Positions 10,319-20,232 of a DNA stretch of 64,000 nt are shown here, in pieces. Positions within the stretch are counted from its first letter, which is position 1. Each line of letters opens with the position of its first letter. Below the pieces are notes generated by a model. That model worked only from the letters and a program-made list of their open reading frames with translations, did not search any database and had not been told where the DNA came from. Both the position numbers and the translations under genes were made by a program. Source of the stretch: an uncultured Acidimicrobiaceae bacterium (GTDB taxonomy: Bacteria > Actinomycetota > Acidimicrobiia > Acidimicrobiales > RAAP-2); contig CAVUWK010000006.1 of the NCBI GenBank assembly GCA_963745175.1, positions 143,513-207,512 of the forward strand, in the 5' to 3' direction.

Positions 10319-10438
10319 CGCCCTCGGCTCCGGGTCCGGCAGCAGCGTGGCGCGGCCTGGTGCGGGTCGCTGTCTCGACGGCTCCCATGGGAAGGTGACA
10401 CTATCGTCAGCAAAGTCGTCAGGCCCGGGGGTGTGCGC

Positions 10439-11932
10439 ATGACCACGGATGTCGAGAACGTCATCACCGGCGTCGGCCTGCTCATCGACGGTGCTGTCGT
10501 GCCCGGGGGCGCGGGCACCTATCCGGTGACCAACCCGGCCCGCCCGGCCGAGGTCGTGTTCGACGCCCCTTCGACGTCGCCGGCACAGCTCGACCTGGCG
10601 GTGGCCGCCGCCCGACGGTCCCAGCCAGCCTGGGCCGCGCTGGACGTCGAAGACCGCGCCGCTCGCGTCGTGGCCGCCGCCGAGGCGGGCGTGGACGCCG
10701 TCGAGAGGCGGGACCTGGCCCGGCTGCTCACCCGCGAACACGGCAAGACGCACCTCGAGGCCATCTTCGACACCGCCACCATGGGCGGCATGGCGTCGGC
10801 CTTTGCGCCACTCGTCGCGGCGGCGCTCGCGCCCCGCGACCTCGCCGGCGGGACCACGCGCATCGAATGGGTGCCGCACGGCGTCGTGGCCGCCGTGCTG
10901 CCTTTCAATTGGCCTGTCTCGGTCATGGGCAACAAGGTGCTGCCCGCGCTGCTGGCCGGGGACACCGTCGTGGTGAAGGCGCCACCGACTTGTCCCGGCG
11001 CCGTGCTCCTCGTGGCGGCGGCGATGGCCGAGATGCTGCCTCCCGGCGTGCTCAACGTGGTCAACGGGCCCGAGGCCGCGCTCGGTGCCGCGCTGGTGGG
11101 CCACCCTGACGTCGACATGGTCTCCTTCACCGGTGGCGTGGGCACCGGCCAGGCCGTCATGGCCGCCGCTGCCGCCACCACCCGGCCCGTCGTGCTCGAG
11201 CTCGGAGGGAACGACGCCGCCATCCTCGCTCCGGACGTGGCGGGCGACGCCGGCCTGGCCGAGCGCATCGTGGAGGCCGCCTTCGTCACCAGCGGGCAGG
11301 TCTGCATGGCCATCAAGCGTCTCTACGTCCACCGGGACCGATTGGACGAGACGGTGGACGCGCTGGCCCAGCGGCTGGCCGCCGAGGTGGTCGGCGACGG
11401 ACTGGCCGACGTCGTGACCATGGGCCCGGTGCACACCGCGAGCGCCCGCGAGCGGGTCGAGGCGTTGGTGTCCGAAGCCGCGGCCTCCGGAGCCGCCGTG
11501 CTGCGGCCTGGCCGGGTGCGCGACGAGGACGTCGGATCGGGGGGCTACTTCGTGTCCCCGGCGCTGGTGGTCGCACCGTCCCGGGACGCCGGCATCGTGC
11601 GCCAGGAGCAGTTCGCCCCCGCCCTCCCGGTGATCCCCTACGACGACATCTCCGAGGCGGTCGAGGCGGCGAACGACTCGCCCTTCGGACTCTGCGCCTC
11701 GGTCTGGAGCAACGACGACGCGCTGGCAGCCGACGTGGCATCGCGCCTGTCGGCCGGGACGGTGTTCGTCAATGCCCACGGCCTGTCTGCGATCGACATG
11801 TTCGCGCCGATGGGCGGCTGGAAGCAGTCCGGCTTCGGCGTCGAGCTGGGGACCGAGGGCATGCAGGCCTTCGCCCGCCAGCGGGTACGGGTGCGTCGGC
11901 CAGGGCCGGCGGAACAGGAGGGACAGACATGA
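10439..11932 (+). CDS. NAD(P)-dependent aldehyde dehydrogenase
   Basis: MTTDVENVITGVGLLIDG...FTGGVGTGQAVMAAAA...LELGGNDAAIL...GQVCMAIKRLYVH carries the catalytic Glu and Cys motifs. ATGA overlap with the next gene at 11929-11932. Confidence 0.9.
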   Translation: MTTDVENVITGVGLLIDGAVVPGGAGTYPVTNPARPAEVVFDAPSTSPAQLDLAVAAARRSQPAWAALDVEDRAARVVAAAEAGVDAVERRDLARLLTREHGKTHLEAIFDTATMGGMASAFAPLVAAALAPRDLAGGTTRIEWVPHGVVAAVLPFNWPVSVMGNKVLPALLAGDTVVVKAPPTCPGAVLLVAAAMAEMLPPGVLNVVNGPEAALGAALVGHPDVDMVSFTGGVGTGQAVMAAAAATTRPVVLELGGNDAAILAPDVAGDAGLAERIVEAAFVTSGQVCMAIKRLYVHRDRLDETVDALAQRLAAEVVGDGLADVVTMGPVHTASARERVEALVSEAAASGAAVLRPGRVRDEDVGSGGYFVSPALVVAPSRDAGIVRQEQFAPALPVIPYDDISEAVEAANDSPFGLCASVWSNDDALAADVASRLSAGTVFVNAHGLSAIDMFAPMGGWKQSGFGVELGTEGMQAFARQRVRVRRPGPAEQEGQT

Positions 11933-13671
11933 CGGTCGCAGTCCGCGGTGGCACGGTTGTCGACGGCACGGGTGCGCCGGCGGTCCGGGCCGATGTTGTG
12001 ATCGACGGTGAGCGGGTCGTGGGCATCGGCGCCGACGCCGGAGTTGGCGCGGACACCGTGATCGACGCCACAGGGATGCTCGTCGCCCCCGGCTTCGTCG
12101 ACCTGCACACCCACTACGACGCCCAGCTCTTCTGGGACCCCAACGCCAGCCCCTCCCCGCTGCACGGCGTGACCACAGTGCTCGGCGGCAATTGCGGCTT
12201 CTCGCTCGCGCCGATGGCGCCCGAGCACGTCGACTACATCGCGCGGATGATGGCGCGGGTCGAGGGCATGCCCCTCGCCGCGCTGCGGGCCGGCCTGCCC
12301 TGGGACTGGGGCTCGTTCGGCGAGTGGATCGGCCGCCTGGACGGCCGCATCGCCGTGAACGCCGGCTTCCTCGTCGGGCACTCGACGCTGCGCCGGCTCG
12401 TCATGGGCGACCGCGCCGTCGGGGGCAGCGCCGACAATCGGGACATCGACGCCATGGAGGCGGCGCTGCACGGGGCGCTGGCTGACGGGGCGCTCGGCTT
12501 TTCGACCTCGCAGGTCCACACCCACAACGACGGCGACGGTCAGCCCGTCCCTTCGCGCGCGGCGAGCCGGGAGGAGATGGAACGCCTGGCCGCCGCGGTG
12601 CGCCAGCACGACGGCACCACGGTCGAGCTGATCGTGGCGGGCTGCCTCAACGGCTTCACCGACGAGGACATCGACTTCCTCTCCACCATGTCGCTGCTGG
12701 CCGATCGCCCGGTCAACTGGAACGTGCTCGGGGTCTCGGCCATGAACCCCGACAACGCCTGGAACCAGCTGGCCGCCGGTACGGCGGCCGCCGCCCGCGG
12801 CGCCACCGTCGTCGCCCTGACCCTGCCCCACACCATGCAGCTGCGCCTGAGCTTCGAGCACGGCGCCATCCTCGACGGCCTGCCCGGGTGGCGCGAGGTC
12901 TTCGCGCTGCCCGCGCCCGAGCGCATGGCGGCGCTGTCGGACCCCGCGACGCGACGCCGGCTCGACGCCGGAGCGCAGTCGGAGGAGGCCGGGATCCTGC
13001 GGCATCTGGCGGTGTGGGATCGCCTGATCTTTGACGAGGTGTTCGCCCCCGAGAACGCCGATGCCGAAGGTCGGAGTGTGGGGGAGGTGGCGCGGTCGCG
13101 TGGCCTCGAGCCGTTCGACGCCCTCCTCGACGTCGTGGTGGCCGACGGCCTGCGCACCGGACTGCGACCTCCGATGGGTGAGTCCGAAGCGGACTGGGTG
13201 CTGCGGGCGCAGGCTTGGCAGGACCCGCGCGCCATCGTCGGGGGCTCCGACGCCGGCGCCCACCTCGACACCATGTGCGGGGCCATCTATTCGACCTCCA
13301 TGCTGGGCGACGGGGTGCGGGCGCGCGGTCTGCTCAGTTGGGAGCAGGCGGTGCGGCTCCTGACCGATGTCCCGGCGCGTCTCTACGGGCTGCGCGACCG
13401 CGGCCGGCTGGTCCCCGGTGGCTTCGCCGACGTCGTCGTCTTCGACCCGACCGCCATCGGTCACGGCCCGGTGCGGACCCGCGACGACCTGCCGGGCGGC
13501 GCCAGTCGCCTCTATGCCGACGCGGTGGGTGTCGAGCACGTCCTGGTGAACGGCACCGAGATCGTCCGCAAGGGCGAATTCACTGGCGCCGTCCCCGGGC
13601 GCGTGCTGCGCTCGGGGACCGACACGGACACCGTGCACGCCGGGTCGGATTGGGCTGGCGCCGTCGCCTGA
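11929..13671 (+). CDS. D-aminoacylase-family amidohydrolase, paralog 2 (more divergent)
   Basis: 580 aa: MTVAVRGGTVVDGTG...MLVAPGFVDLHTHYDAQLFWD...LGGNCGFSLAP. Confidence 0.9.
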   Translation: MTVAVRGGTVVDGTGAPAVRADVVIDGERVVGIGADAGVGADTVIDATGMLVAPGFVDLHTHYDAQLFWDPNASPSPLHGVTTVLGGNCGFSLAPMAPEHVDYIARMMARVEGMPLAALRAGLPWDWGSFGEWIGRLDGRIAVNAGFLVGHSTLRRLVMGDRAVGGSADNRDIDAMEAALHGALADGALGFSTSQVHTHNDGDGQPVPSRAASREEMERLAAAVRQHDGTTVELIVAGCLNGFTDEDIDFLSTMSLLADRPVNWNVLGVSAMNPDNAWNQLAAGTAAAARGATVVALTLPHTMQLRLSFEHGAILDGLPGWREVFALPAPERMAALSDPATRRRLDAGAQSEEAGILRHLAVWDRLIFDEVFAPENADAEGRSVGEVARSRGLEPFDALLDVVVADGLRTGLRPPMGESEADWVLRAQAWQDPRAIVGGSDAGAHLDTMCGAIYSTSMLGDGVRARGLLSWEQAVRLLTDVPARLYGLRDRGRLVPGGFADVVVFDPTAIGHGPVRTRDDLPGGASRLYADAVGVEHVLVNGTEIVRKGEFTGAVPGRVLRSGTDTDTVHAGSDWAGAVA

Positions 13672-13694
13672 CGGCCGGAACGGCTCCCCGGTGT

Positions 13695-14423
13695 TCAGAG
13701 AAGCCGGGTCTCCAGGGCGACCTCGCGGGTTTGGTCACCCTCCCGGGTGAGCGAATAGGCCAGCTTGCCCTCGACTTCGGTGAAGACGTCCTGCAGTTCG
13801 GTGCCGAAGAAGACAAGCCCGGTCCCGTTCTCGGTGGCGTAGCCGTCGGGCAGAGTGCCCTCGGCGATGAGGCGGTGGATGAGCGGCCGCCGCTGTTCCT
13901 CCGCGTCGTGATGCGGGCTGTTGGACCAGGGCAGGAAGGCGAGGCCGTTGGTGACCGGCACCAGGGTGGGTCCGAAGGAGTCGGTGGTCCCGCCGACGTG
14001 CCAGCACAGGGAGCCGGCGGAGACCCCCTTCAGCACGACGCCGGTCTGCCAGCACTCGCGGAGCACCGTGTCGAGCCCGTGCAGGCGCCACAGGGCGAGC
14101 AGGTTGGCCGTGCTGCCGCCTCCCACCCAGATGACGTCCTGGGCCAGCAGGTGGGCGCGCACGTCGGGGACGTTGGGCATGGGGAACAGCGTCAAATGCG
14201 AGCTGACGAAGCCGAGCTTGGAGAACGCGTTGTGCGCGGCCGCCAGCCGCGCGGAGTCGTCACCGACGGCCGTGGCGATGATGCAGATCCGCGGGTGCTC
14301 GCCGGCACGGGCCAGATCGGCGGCCAGCCGGTACGACGGGCCCGGCCTGACGTTCGCCGGATCGGGCCCCTCGGCCTGGAACCCGATGGAGGTGGCGATG
14401 ATGGTCGGTTGGCGCGCCGCCAC
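13695..14423 (-). CDS. peptidase S51 (dipeptidase E) family protein
   Basis: 242 aa: ...ICIIATAVGDD...VIWVGGGSTANLLALW...LKGVSAGSLCW. Confidence 0.85.
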   Translation of the reverse strand: MAARQPTIIATSIGFQAEGPDPANVRPGPSYRLAADLARAGEHPRICIIATAVGDDSARLAAAHNAFSKLGFVSSHLTLFPMPNVPDVRAHLLAQDVIWVGGGSTANLLALWRLHGLDTVLRECWQTGVVLKGVSAGSLCWHVGGTTDSFGPTLVPVTNGLAFLPWSNSPHHDAEEQRRPLIHRLIAEGTLPDGYATENGTGLVFFGTELQDVFTEVEGKLAYSLTREGDQTREVALETRLL

Positions 14424-14424
14424 G

Positions 14425-15408
14425 TTACGAGGGAAGGACCTCGGGGTTGACGATGTTGAGCGGTCGCGCCCCCGCCATGAGCCGGCACAGGTCCTCGGCG
14501 ATCGTCCGGGTGTGGTTGGACTCGGTGTCGTAGGTGGCGCCGCCGATGTGGGGCGTCAGCACGACCTGGGGGAAGGTGGTCAGCGGGTGGTCGGTCGCCA
14601 GGTGCTCGCCCTCGAAGTGGTCGAGGCCCGCTGCGCGGACCTTGCCCGAAGCCAGCGCGGCGACCAGCGCGTCGGTGTCGTGGATCTTGGCTCGGGCCGT
14701 GTTCAGGTAGACAACGCCGTCCTTCATTTTGGCGAAGGCGTCGGCGTTGATCATCCCCGTCGTCTCCGCCGTCACCGGGGCGTGGACCGAGATCACGTCC
14801 GACTTGGCCAGCAGCTCGTCGAAGGAGCTGGTGGCGTCGGGCGCGTAGGGGTCGTAGGCGAGCACGTCCATGCCGAGGCCACGGAGGCGCCAGCGCAGCG
14901 CGCGCCCCACCGCCCCGAGCCCGACCAGGCCGACCGTCTGGCCGGCCAGCTCCCAGGCGCGGTAGCGCTGGTAGGGGATCTTGCCGTCACGGTAGATCTC
15001 GCCGTCGCGCACGTCGCGGTCGGCCGGGACGATGCCACGGGTGGCGGCGAACAGAAGGGCCACGGCGAGCTCGGCCACGGCGTCGGCGTTGCGTCCCGGG
15101 GCGCGCAGGACGGGGACCCCGGCAGCGGTTGCCGCCGCCACATCGACGTTGGTGGGATCACCGCGGCAGCTGCACACAGCCATGATCGGCTGCTCGTAGA
15201 GGTCGGCGCCGCAGGCATCGCTCTCCACGATGACGATGTTGGCGCCCTCCGCGGCCGTCCGTTCGGCCAACTGGGCGGCGTTGTAGATGCGGAGGGAGGG
15301 CTGGTCCAGCCACGAATCGAGCACCAGATCCGCCAGCTGGTGCAGCAGGTCGAGGCCGGGACCGCTCACTGCGGCCGTCACCAGAGCCTTCGGGCGGGAA
15401 CCTGTCAT
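14425..15408 (-). CDS. D-isomer-specific 2-hydroxyacid dehydrogenase (phosphoglycerate dehydrogenase-like)
   Basis: 327 aa: GQTVGLVGLGAVGRALRWRL (NAD fold) ...VLTPHIGGAT. Its stop lies 1 nt from the peptidase E start. Confidence 0.9.
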   Translation of the reverse strand: MTGSRPKALVTAAVSGPGLDLLHQLADLVLDSWLDQPSLRIYNAAQLAERTAAEGANIVIVESDACGADLYEQPIMAVCSCRGDPTNVDVAAATAAGVPVLRAPGRNADAVAELAVALLFAATRGIVPADRDVRDGEIYRDGKIPYQRYRAWELAGQTVGLVGLGAVGRALRWRLRGLGMDVLAYDPYAPDATSSFDELLAKSDVISVHAPVTAETTGMINADAFAKMKDGVVYLNTARAKIHDTDALVAALASGKVRAAGLDHFEGEHLATDHPLTTFPQVVLTPHIGGATYDTESNHTRTIAEDLCRLMAGARPLNIVNPEVLPS

Positions 15409-15478
15409 GTCGTTGGAACTCTCCTTGCGCGGCGGGCGTCGTCCATAATGGCGGCATCATGACACGCGTGTCAGATTC

Positions 15479-16883
15479 ATGACGTCCTCCGGAAGGCCGG
15501 TCACTGTCGGCGTCGATATCGGCACCACATCGGTGAAGGCGCTGGCCGTCGACGAAAAGGGCCAGGTGGTCGCTCGCAGCAGGGTGCCCCACAGCATCGT
15601 GGCGCCCGAGCCCGACGTGTTGCGCCACGACGCCAAGAAGGCGTGGCGAGCCGGGCCCCGCAAGGCCTTCGAGCAGGTGACCGCTCAGCTCGAGGCCGAA
15701 GGGAACTCGCTCGCCGGCGTGGCGGTGGCGGCCATGGTCCCCTCCATGACCGCGGTCGGGCGGCAGGGCATGCCCTTGTTGCCCGGCCTGCTCTACGGCG
15801 ACCGCGAGGGCCGGCCGACCGAGGACGCGACCCACGATGCGGTCGTGCCGCTGGGCGCCATGCCCGATGCCGAGGGCTTCCTGCGCTGGGCCTCCACCGA
15901 GGTGCCCGACGCCCGGGGCTACTGGCCCTGCCAGGCCGTGGCGACCAATGCCATTTCGGGACTGCCCGCCATCGACACGGGTGTCACGGCGTCGCTGGGG
16001 ATGCTGCACACGCACAAGGGCTGGAACACCGAGCTATTGGGCTCCATGGGCATTGCCGAGAAGCAGATGCCGATGGTCGTTCCCATGGGCGAGGCCGCCG
16101 GCACGCTGCCCGAAAGCGACGCCGTCATCACCGGCGGGACCATCGACGCCTTCTGCGACCAGATCGTGTCGGGCGCCATCCACACGGGCGATGTCCTGGT
16201 GATCTTCGGCGCCACCCTGATCTGCTGGGTGATCTGCGACGAGTGGTTGACCGTCGACGGGCTGATCAGCTACCCCAGCACGACGCCGGATCGGTATCTC
16301 GTCGGCGGTCCGAGCAACGCCGGCGCCCTGTTCGTGGACTGGGCCCGCCACCTGTTGCGGGACACGCCGCGGCCCGGGCCGAAGCGCGAGCAACTCGAGC
16401 CCCGGCTCGGGACACCCGGTCGGGTGCCGGTCTGGTTGCCCTACGTCCGCGGGGAGCGGACGCCGTTCGAGGACCACACGCTGCGCTCCAACATCTACGG
16501 GCTCGACATCGGGTCAGGAGCGGAAGCGATGGAGCGGGCCGCCTACGAGGCGAGCGGATTCGTGGTGCGGCGGATGATCGAGCGCGCCGGCGTCAAGCCG
16601 ACGCGCATCGTGGCCAGCGGAGGCGGCTCGCGGGTGACCGCCTGGATGGCGGCCGTGGCCGACGCCACCAACCTGCCGGTGGACACCGTCGCCGTGCCCG
16701 AGGGTGCGGCGCTCGGCGCGGCGTACTTCGCTCGCTTGGCCGCAGGGCTCGAGGCGTCGCTCGACGATTCCAAGCGCTGGTCCGCCGTCGGGCGGACGAT
16801 CGAACCGGATCCGGCCTGGGTGCGCGCTGCCGACGACGCGTTACGAGAAGTTCAGCGACCTGGGCACGGGGGCCCACACGTAG
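15479..16883 (+). CDS. FGGY-family carbohydrate kinase (xylulokinase-like), C-terminal frameshift
   Basis: VTVGVDIGTTSVKALAVDEKG...VASGGGSRVTAWMAAVADATNLPV. After ...RAADD the family-like end (R)YEKFSDLGTGAHT-stop (TAG 16881-16883) is one base out of frame, from an insertion near 16838-16840. The nominal ORF runs on to 17449, antisense to the ADH gene. Confidence 0.8.
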
Positions 16884-16888
16884 CGGGC

Positions 16889-18128
16889 CTACCCGTTCGG
16901 GGTGAAGGCTACCTTGAGCGCGCCGCTCTGGTCCTGGCGCGCCAGCGCCTTGAGCGCGGGCCACCACTCCTCCAGGCCGAAGCGGTGCGTGAGCATGGGA
17001 GTGATGTCGAGCCGGCCCTCGTCGACCAGTTGGAGGTAGTGCGCGATGGCGTGCTGGCGACGGCCCTCGAAGTCCTCGATCCCGAAGGCATTCGATCCGG
17101 CGACGGTGATCTCCTTGAAGTAGATGGGGGTGGACTCCCACCGTTCGGGGGTGGCCACGCCGGTGTAGACGAGCCGCCCACGCTCGGCGAGCACCCGGAC
17201 ACCGACTTCGAGCGTCTCGGCCTTGGCGATGGAGTCGTAGACGACGTCGATGTGGCCCGGGTGGGTCACGGGCAGCCCATCGAGGGGTGCGTGCAGGACG
17301 GCCCCGGACCAGCGCGGTCAGCGCCTCGACCAACGCCAGTCGGGGCTCGTGGGCGAAGACCGCGGAGGCCCCGAAGGCGAGCGCCATCTCACGTTGCGCG
17401 TCGAAACGGGCCACCACGCCGACCTCGACACCCGGGTACAGGGACGTGAGGATGGCGACGCTGGTCAGTCCCAGGGCACCGGCGCCGTAGACCAGGACAC
17501 GGCCGGAGGCCGGGGGCGGGTGGCGCACGATGGCGTGGAAGGAGACCGAGAAGGGGTCGGCGAGGACGGCGGCCTCGTCGGAGATGCCGTCGGGCACCGG
17601 GATGAGCATGGAGTCGTGTGCCGCCAGCTGCTCGGCCCAGGCCCCGGGCGCCGCGGTGATGACGCCGACGTGGACGCCGGGGCCGAGGTCGCCCTTGGTG
17701 AAGCTCCAGCACAAGCTCAGATCACCGGCCTGGCACGGAGGGCATGGTGGATCGATGCCGCGCGGACCGCAGGTCAGCCACGGGTTGAGCACGACGCGTT
17801 GCCCGACGTCGAGGCCGCGGGCCGCGGGCCCGAGGGCGACGACCTCGGCCACCACCTCGTGCCCGGGCACGTGGGGGAGGGATGCGAAGGCGGCCATCGG
17901 GTTGTCGATGTCGCCCGTGTTGAAGTCTCCGAGGACGAGCTTGGCGTCGGACCCGCAGATTCCCGAGAGGATCGGGCGTGTCACCACCCAGTCGGGACGG
18001 ACCAGGCGGGCGTCGTCGACGTCGTGGAGGCCGAAAGGGATGCCGGCGAGCATCGTCTCCAGCTCGTCCTGCGGTGTGGGCCGGATCTCCTCCTTGTCCG
18101 GCGGGGCGCCGAAGAGCAGCGCCTTCAC
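16889..18128 (-). pseudogene. zinc-dependent MDR alcohol/polyol dehydrogenase, frameshifted
   Basis: The N-terminal part, MKALLFG...GICGSDAKL...HVPGHEVVAEV...VLVYGAGALGL, is in the frame of ORF 16593..18128. The C-terminal part, (VLHAPLDGLPV)THPGHIDVVYDSIAKAE...ALKVAFTPNG, is in ORF 16889..17269. An apparent inserted G lies near 17308-17310. Confidence 0.75.
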
Positions 18129-18913
18129 TGGTCTGCCTGCTCGCCGCTCAGGGCGCGCATGCCGATGAGGAAGCTGTCGATGTCGGCCGTCTTCATCTCA
18201 ATGACGGCCTTCATGTCGGGGAGGTAGTGCTCGAACTTCTCGCTCTCGATGGCATCGATCATGGCCGCGGCGATCGCCTCCGGTGGCTCCTTGGGCCCGT
18301 CGTAGAGCGGCGCGTCGTTGTCGGGCTGGTCCCAAATCTCGGTGTCGATGGCACCGGGGAGGATCAGCTTGATCGACACGCCCGACCGGTCGAGGTCGAC
18401 GGCCAGCGACTCGCTCCAGCCGGCGAGGGCGAACTTGGACGCCGAGTAGGCGGCCTCGGCGGTGATGCCCAGGCGGCCGCCGAGGCTGGACACGTTGACG
18501 ATCGTCCCCGAACCCCGCTCGAGCATGTGCGGCAGGACGGCTAGCGAGATGGCCACGGGCGAGAAGTAGTTGATGCGCATCGTCCGCTCGACCTCGGCCA
18601 TGGTCAGACGCGTCACGTGCCGGCGCATGGGGACCGCCGCGTTGTTGACGATCACGTCGAGCCCGCGGTAGTGGTCCCAGATCTCGAGGGCGAGGTTCGC
18701 CGCGGCCTCCGGGTCGGAGAGGTCGGCCACCCAGCGGGCTGAGCCAGGCGAGGTGGTGCGGCAGTCGGCCAGCACCGCATCGAGTCGGTCGGCCCGCCGG
18801 GCCACGAGCGCCACGGTGTCACCCCGGCGGGCGAGGGCCCGGGCCAGGGCAGCGCCGATGCCCGACGACGCGCCGGTCACCAGGACGGTGCGGCCCGTCT
18901 GCGCAGCGCTCAC
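18125..18913 (-). CDS. SDR-family short-chain dehydrogenase/reductase
   Basis: VSAAQTGRTVLVTGASSGIGAALAR...NNAA...YSASK. GTG 18913 is preceded by GGAGG. GTGA overlap with the ADH start. Confidence 0.9.
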   Translation of the reverse strand: MSAAQTGRTVLVTGASSGIGAALARALARRGDTVALVARRADRLDAVLADCRTTSPGSARWVADLSDPEAAANLALEIWDHYRGLDVIVNNAAVPMRRHVTRLTMAEVERTMRINYFSPVAISLAVLPHMLERGSGTIVNVSSLGGRLGITAEAAYSASKFALAGWSESLAVDLDRSGVSIKLILPGAIDTEIWDQPDNDAPLYDGPKEPPEAIAAAMIDAIESEKFEHYLPDMKAVIEMKTADIDSFLIGMRALSGEQADQ

Positions 18914-18988
18914 CTCCGAACCTCCCCGAGACGTGCCGGCCTCTGTCCGCCGCGTCCCCTCCACTGGAGGGAACGGCGGACTCTTCGG

Positions 18989-19063
18989 GGTGAGCGAGGG
19001 GTCTCGAACCCCCGACCTCCAGGACCACAACCTGGCGCTCTAACCAACTGAGCTACGCCCACC
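18989..19063 (-). tRNA. tRNA-His (anticodon GTG), with encoded G-1
   Basis: The reverse complement folds by hand as GGTGGGCG TA GCTC AGTTGGTTA GAGC G CCAGG TTGTGGT CCTGG AGGTC GGGGG TTCGAGA CCCCT CGCTCAC C. CCA is not encoded. Confidence 0.9.
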
Positions 19064-19181
19064 GAGGGGCACAAGTGTGGCACACCTCCCGGTGGCTGAC
19101 GGCACGCTCACCCGGGCTCCGGACGCCGCGCCGGAGGATGCTCGCGTGCGTCCGACCACCTATGTCAGGCTGTTCTGCGCT

Positions 19182-19258
19182 GCCCCGGTAGCTCAGCGGA
19201 ATAGAGCGGCTGACTTCTAATCAGCGGGTCGCAGGTTCAAATCCTGCCCGGGGCGCCA
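19182..19258 (+). tRNA. tRNA-Arg (anticodon TCT)
   Basis: GCCCCGG TA GCTC AGCGGAATA GAGC G GCTGA CTTCTAA TCAGC GGGTC GCAGG TTCAAAT CCTGC CCGGGGC G CCA. This is a full cloverleaf with CCA encoded. Confidence 0.92.
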
Positions 19259-19274
19259 ATGGCGCGGAGCAGAG

Positions 19275-19658
19275 TTAGGACACTGGATGGGCCGCGTCGA
19301 CGTCCTTCATCTCCACGGTGAGCGTCCGGAACTCCTCCACACCGACGTTCTCAAACGTGTGCGGCGTCAGCGGGGCACCCCAGACCGCCGTTCCGACGAC
19401 GGGTGCCGACTTCGATGCCCTGGTGTCGGCCAGCACGTTGCCGTCCGGATCGCGGCGAACGAAGTCGCTGGCGCCGAGAATGTAGAGGACACCTCCCCAG
19501 CGGTGGGTGTGCACGGGCACGATGTCGCCCGGAGCGACCCGTCCGTCGAGGACCCGGACCCGGTCGTCCTCGTAGAGGACGGTGTGGAACCCGGGCGCGG
19601 CGACGACGGCGTCCAGATCGCCCGGCCACGGCCAAGGGCTGGGAGTCCCGGTCGCCAT
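19275..19658 (-). CDS. cupin domain protein
   Basis: MATGTPSPWPWPGDLDAVVAAPGFHTVLYEDDRVRVLDGRVAPGDIVPVHTHRWGGVLYIL... The ATG overlaps the upstream stop (ATGA at 19656-19660). Confidence 0.7.
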   Translation of the reverse strand: MATGTPSPWPWPGDLDAVVAAPGFHTVLYEDDRVRVLDGRVAPGDIVPVHTHRWGGVLYILGASDFVRRDPDGNVLADTRASKSAPVVGTAVWGAPLTPHTFENVGVEEFRTLTVEMKDVDAAHPVS

Positions 19659-20143
19659 CAACCTGCCGGCGGCGCCCCGCGGGACACGAGCGCGGCCAGG
19701 TTGTCGACGGACTTCTCCAGCATCGCCAGGGGCACGATCGGGAAATGCTCGCGGGCCTTCTCCGGGACGTTGGGCCATTCGCAGTAGTTGGTGATCTCGG
19801 TCTCGCCCGGGCCGACGGCGGTGATCTCCCACCCGTAAACGTGTCCGTACGGGCCCCGATCGGAGGAGCCGACGTTCCATTCGAGGAGCTCGTCGGGAAT
19901 GATCCTGGTCACGGTATTGAGGGCCTTGTACTTGCCCATGGGGACGTCACCCAACGGCTCGCGGTCCATGTCCATCTCGAACGTGTCGCCCGGCGCCTCC
20001 AGGCGCTTCGCACCCGGCGCCGCCTGGAGCATGCCCGAGCCGTCGATCTCGACGTGCATTGCCGGGTCCGTGACGATCCGGAAGACCTCGGCCGGGCTGG
20101 CCGTCACGGTGCAGCTGGCGGCGATTCGATCTGCGCTGGACAC
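19658..20143 (-). CDS. SRPBCC (START/Bet v1-like) family protein
   Basis: VSSADRIAASCTVTASPAEVFRIVTDPAMHVEIDG... GTG 20143 is preceded by GGAGGAGG with a 4-nt spacer. Alternative starts are 20170 and 20215. Confidence 0.7.
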   Translation of the reverse strand: MSSADRIAASCTVTASPAEVFRIVTDPAMHVEIDGSGMLQAAPGAKRLEAPGDTFEMDMDREPLGDVPMGKYKALNTVTRIIPDELLEWNVGSSDRGPYGHVYGWEITAVGPGETEITNYCEWPNVPEKAREHFPIVPLAMLEKSVDNLAALVSRGAPPAG

Positions 20144-20232
20144 GGTGCCTCCTCCGTTGACTCGGCTCATGGAGAGACTAGCGACACGGTTCGTCCATCG
20201 TCTCTCGCCCGTCACCGATCGACGGATTACCG

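Noticed and set aside
15479-17449. 656-aa version of the FGGY kinase ORF
   Set aside because: The last ~190 codons are antisense to the Zn-ADH gene and are Arg/Gly/Pro-rich. A family-like C-terminus with a stop at 16883 is present one base out of frame.
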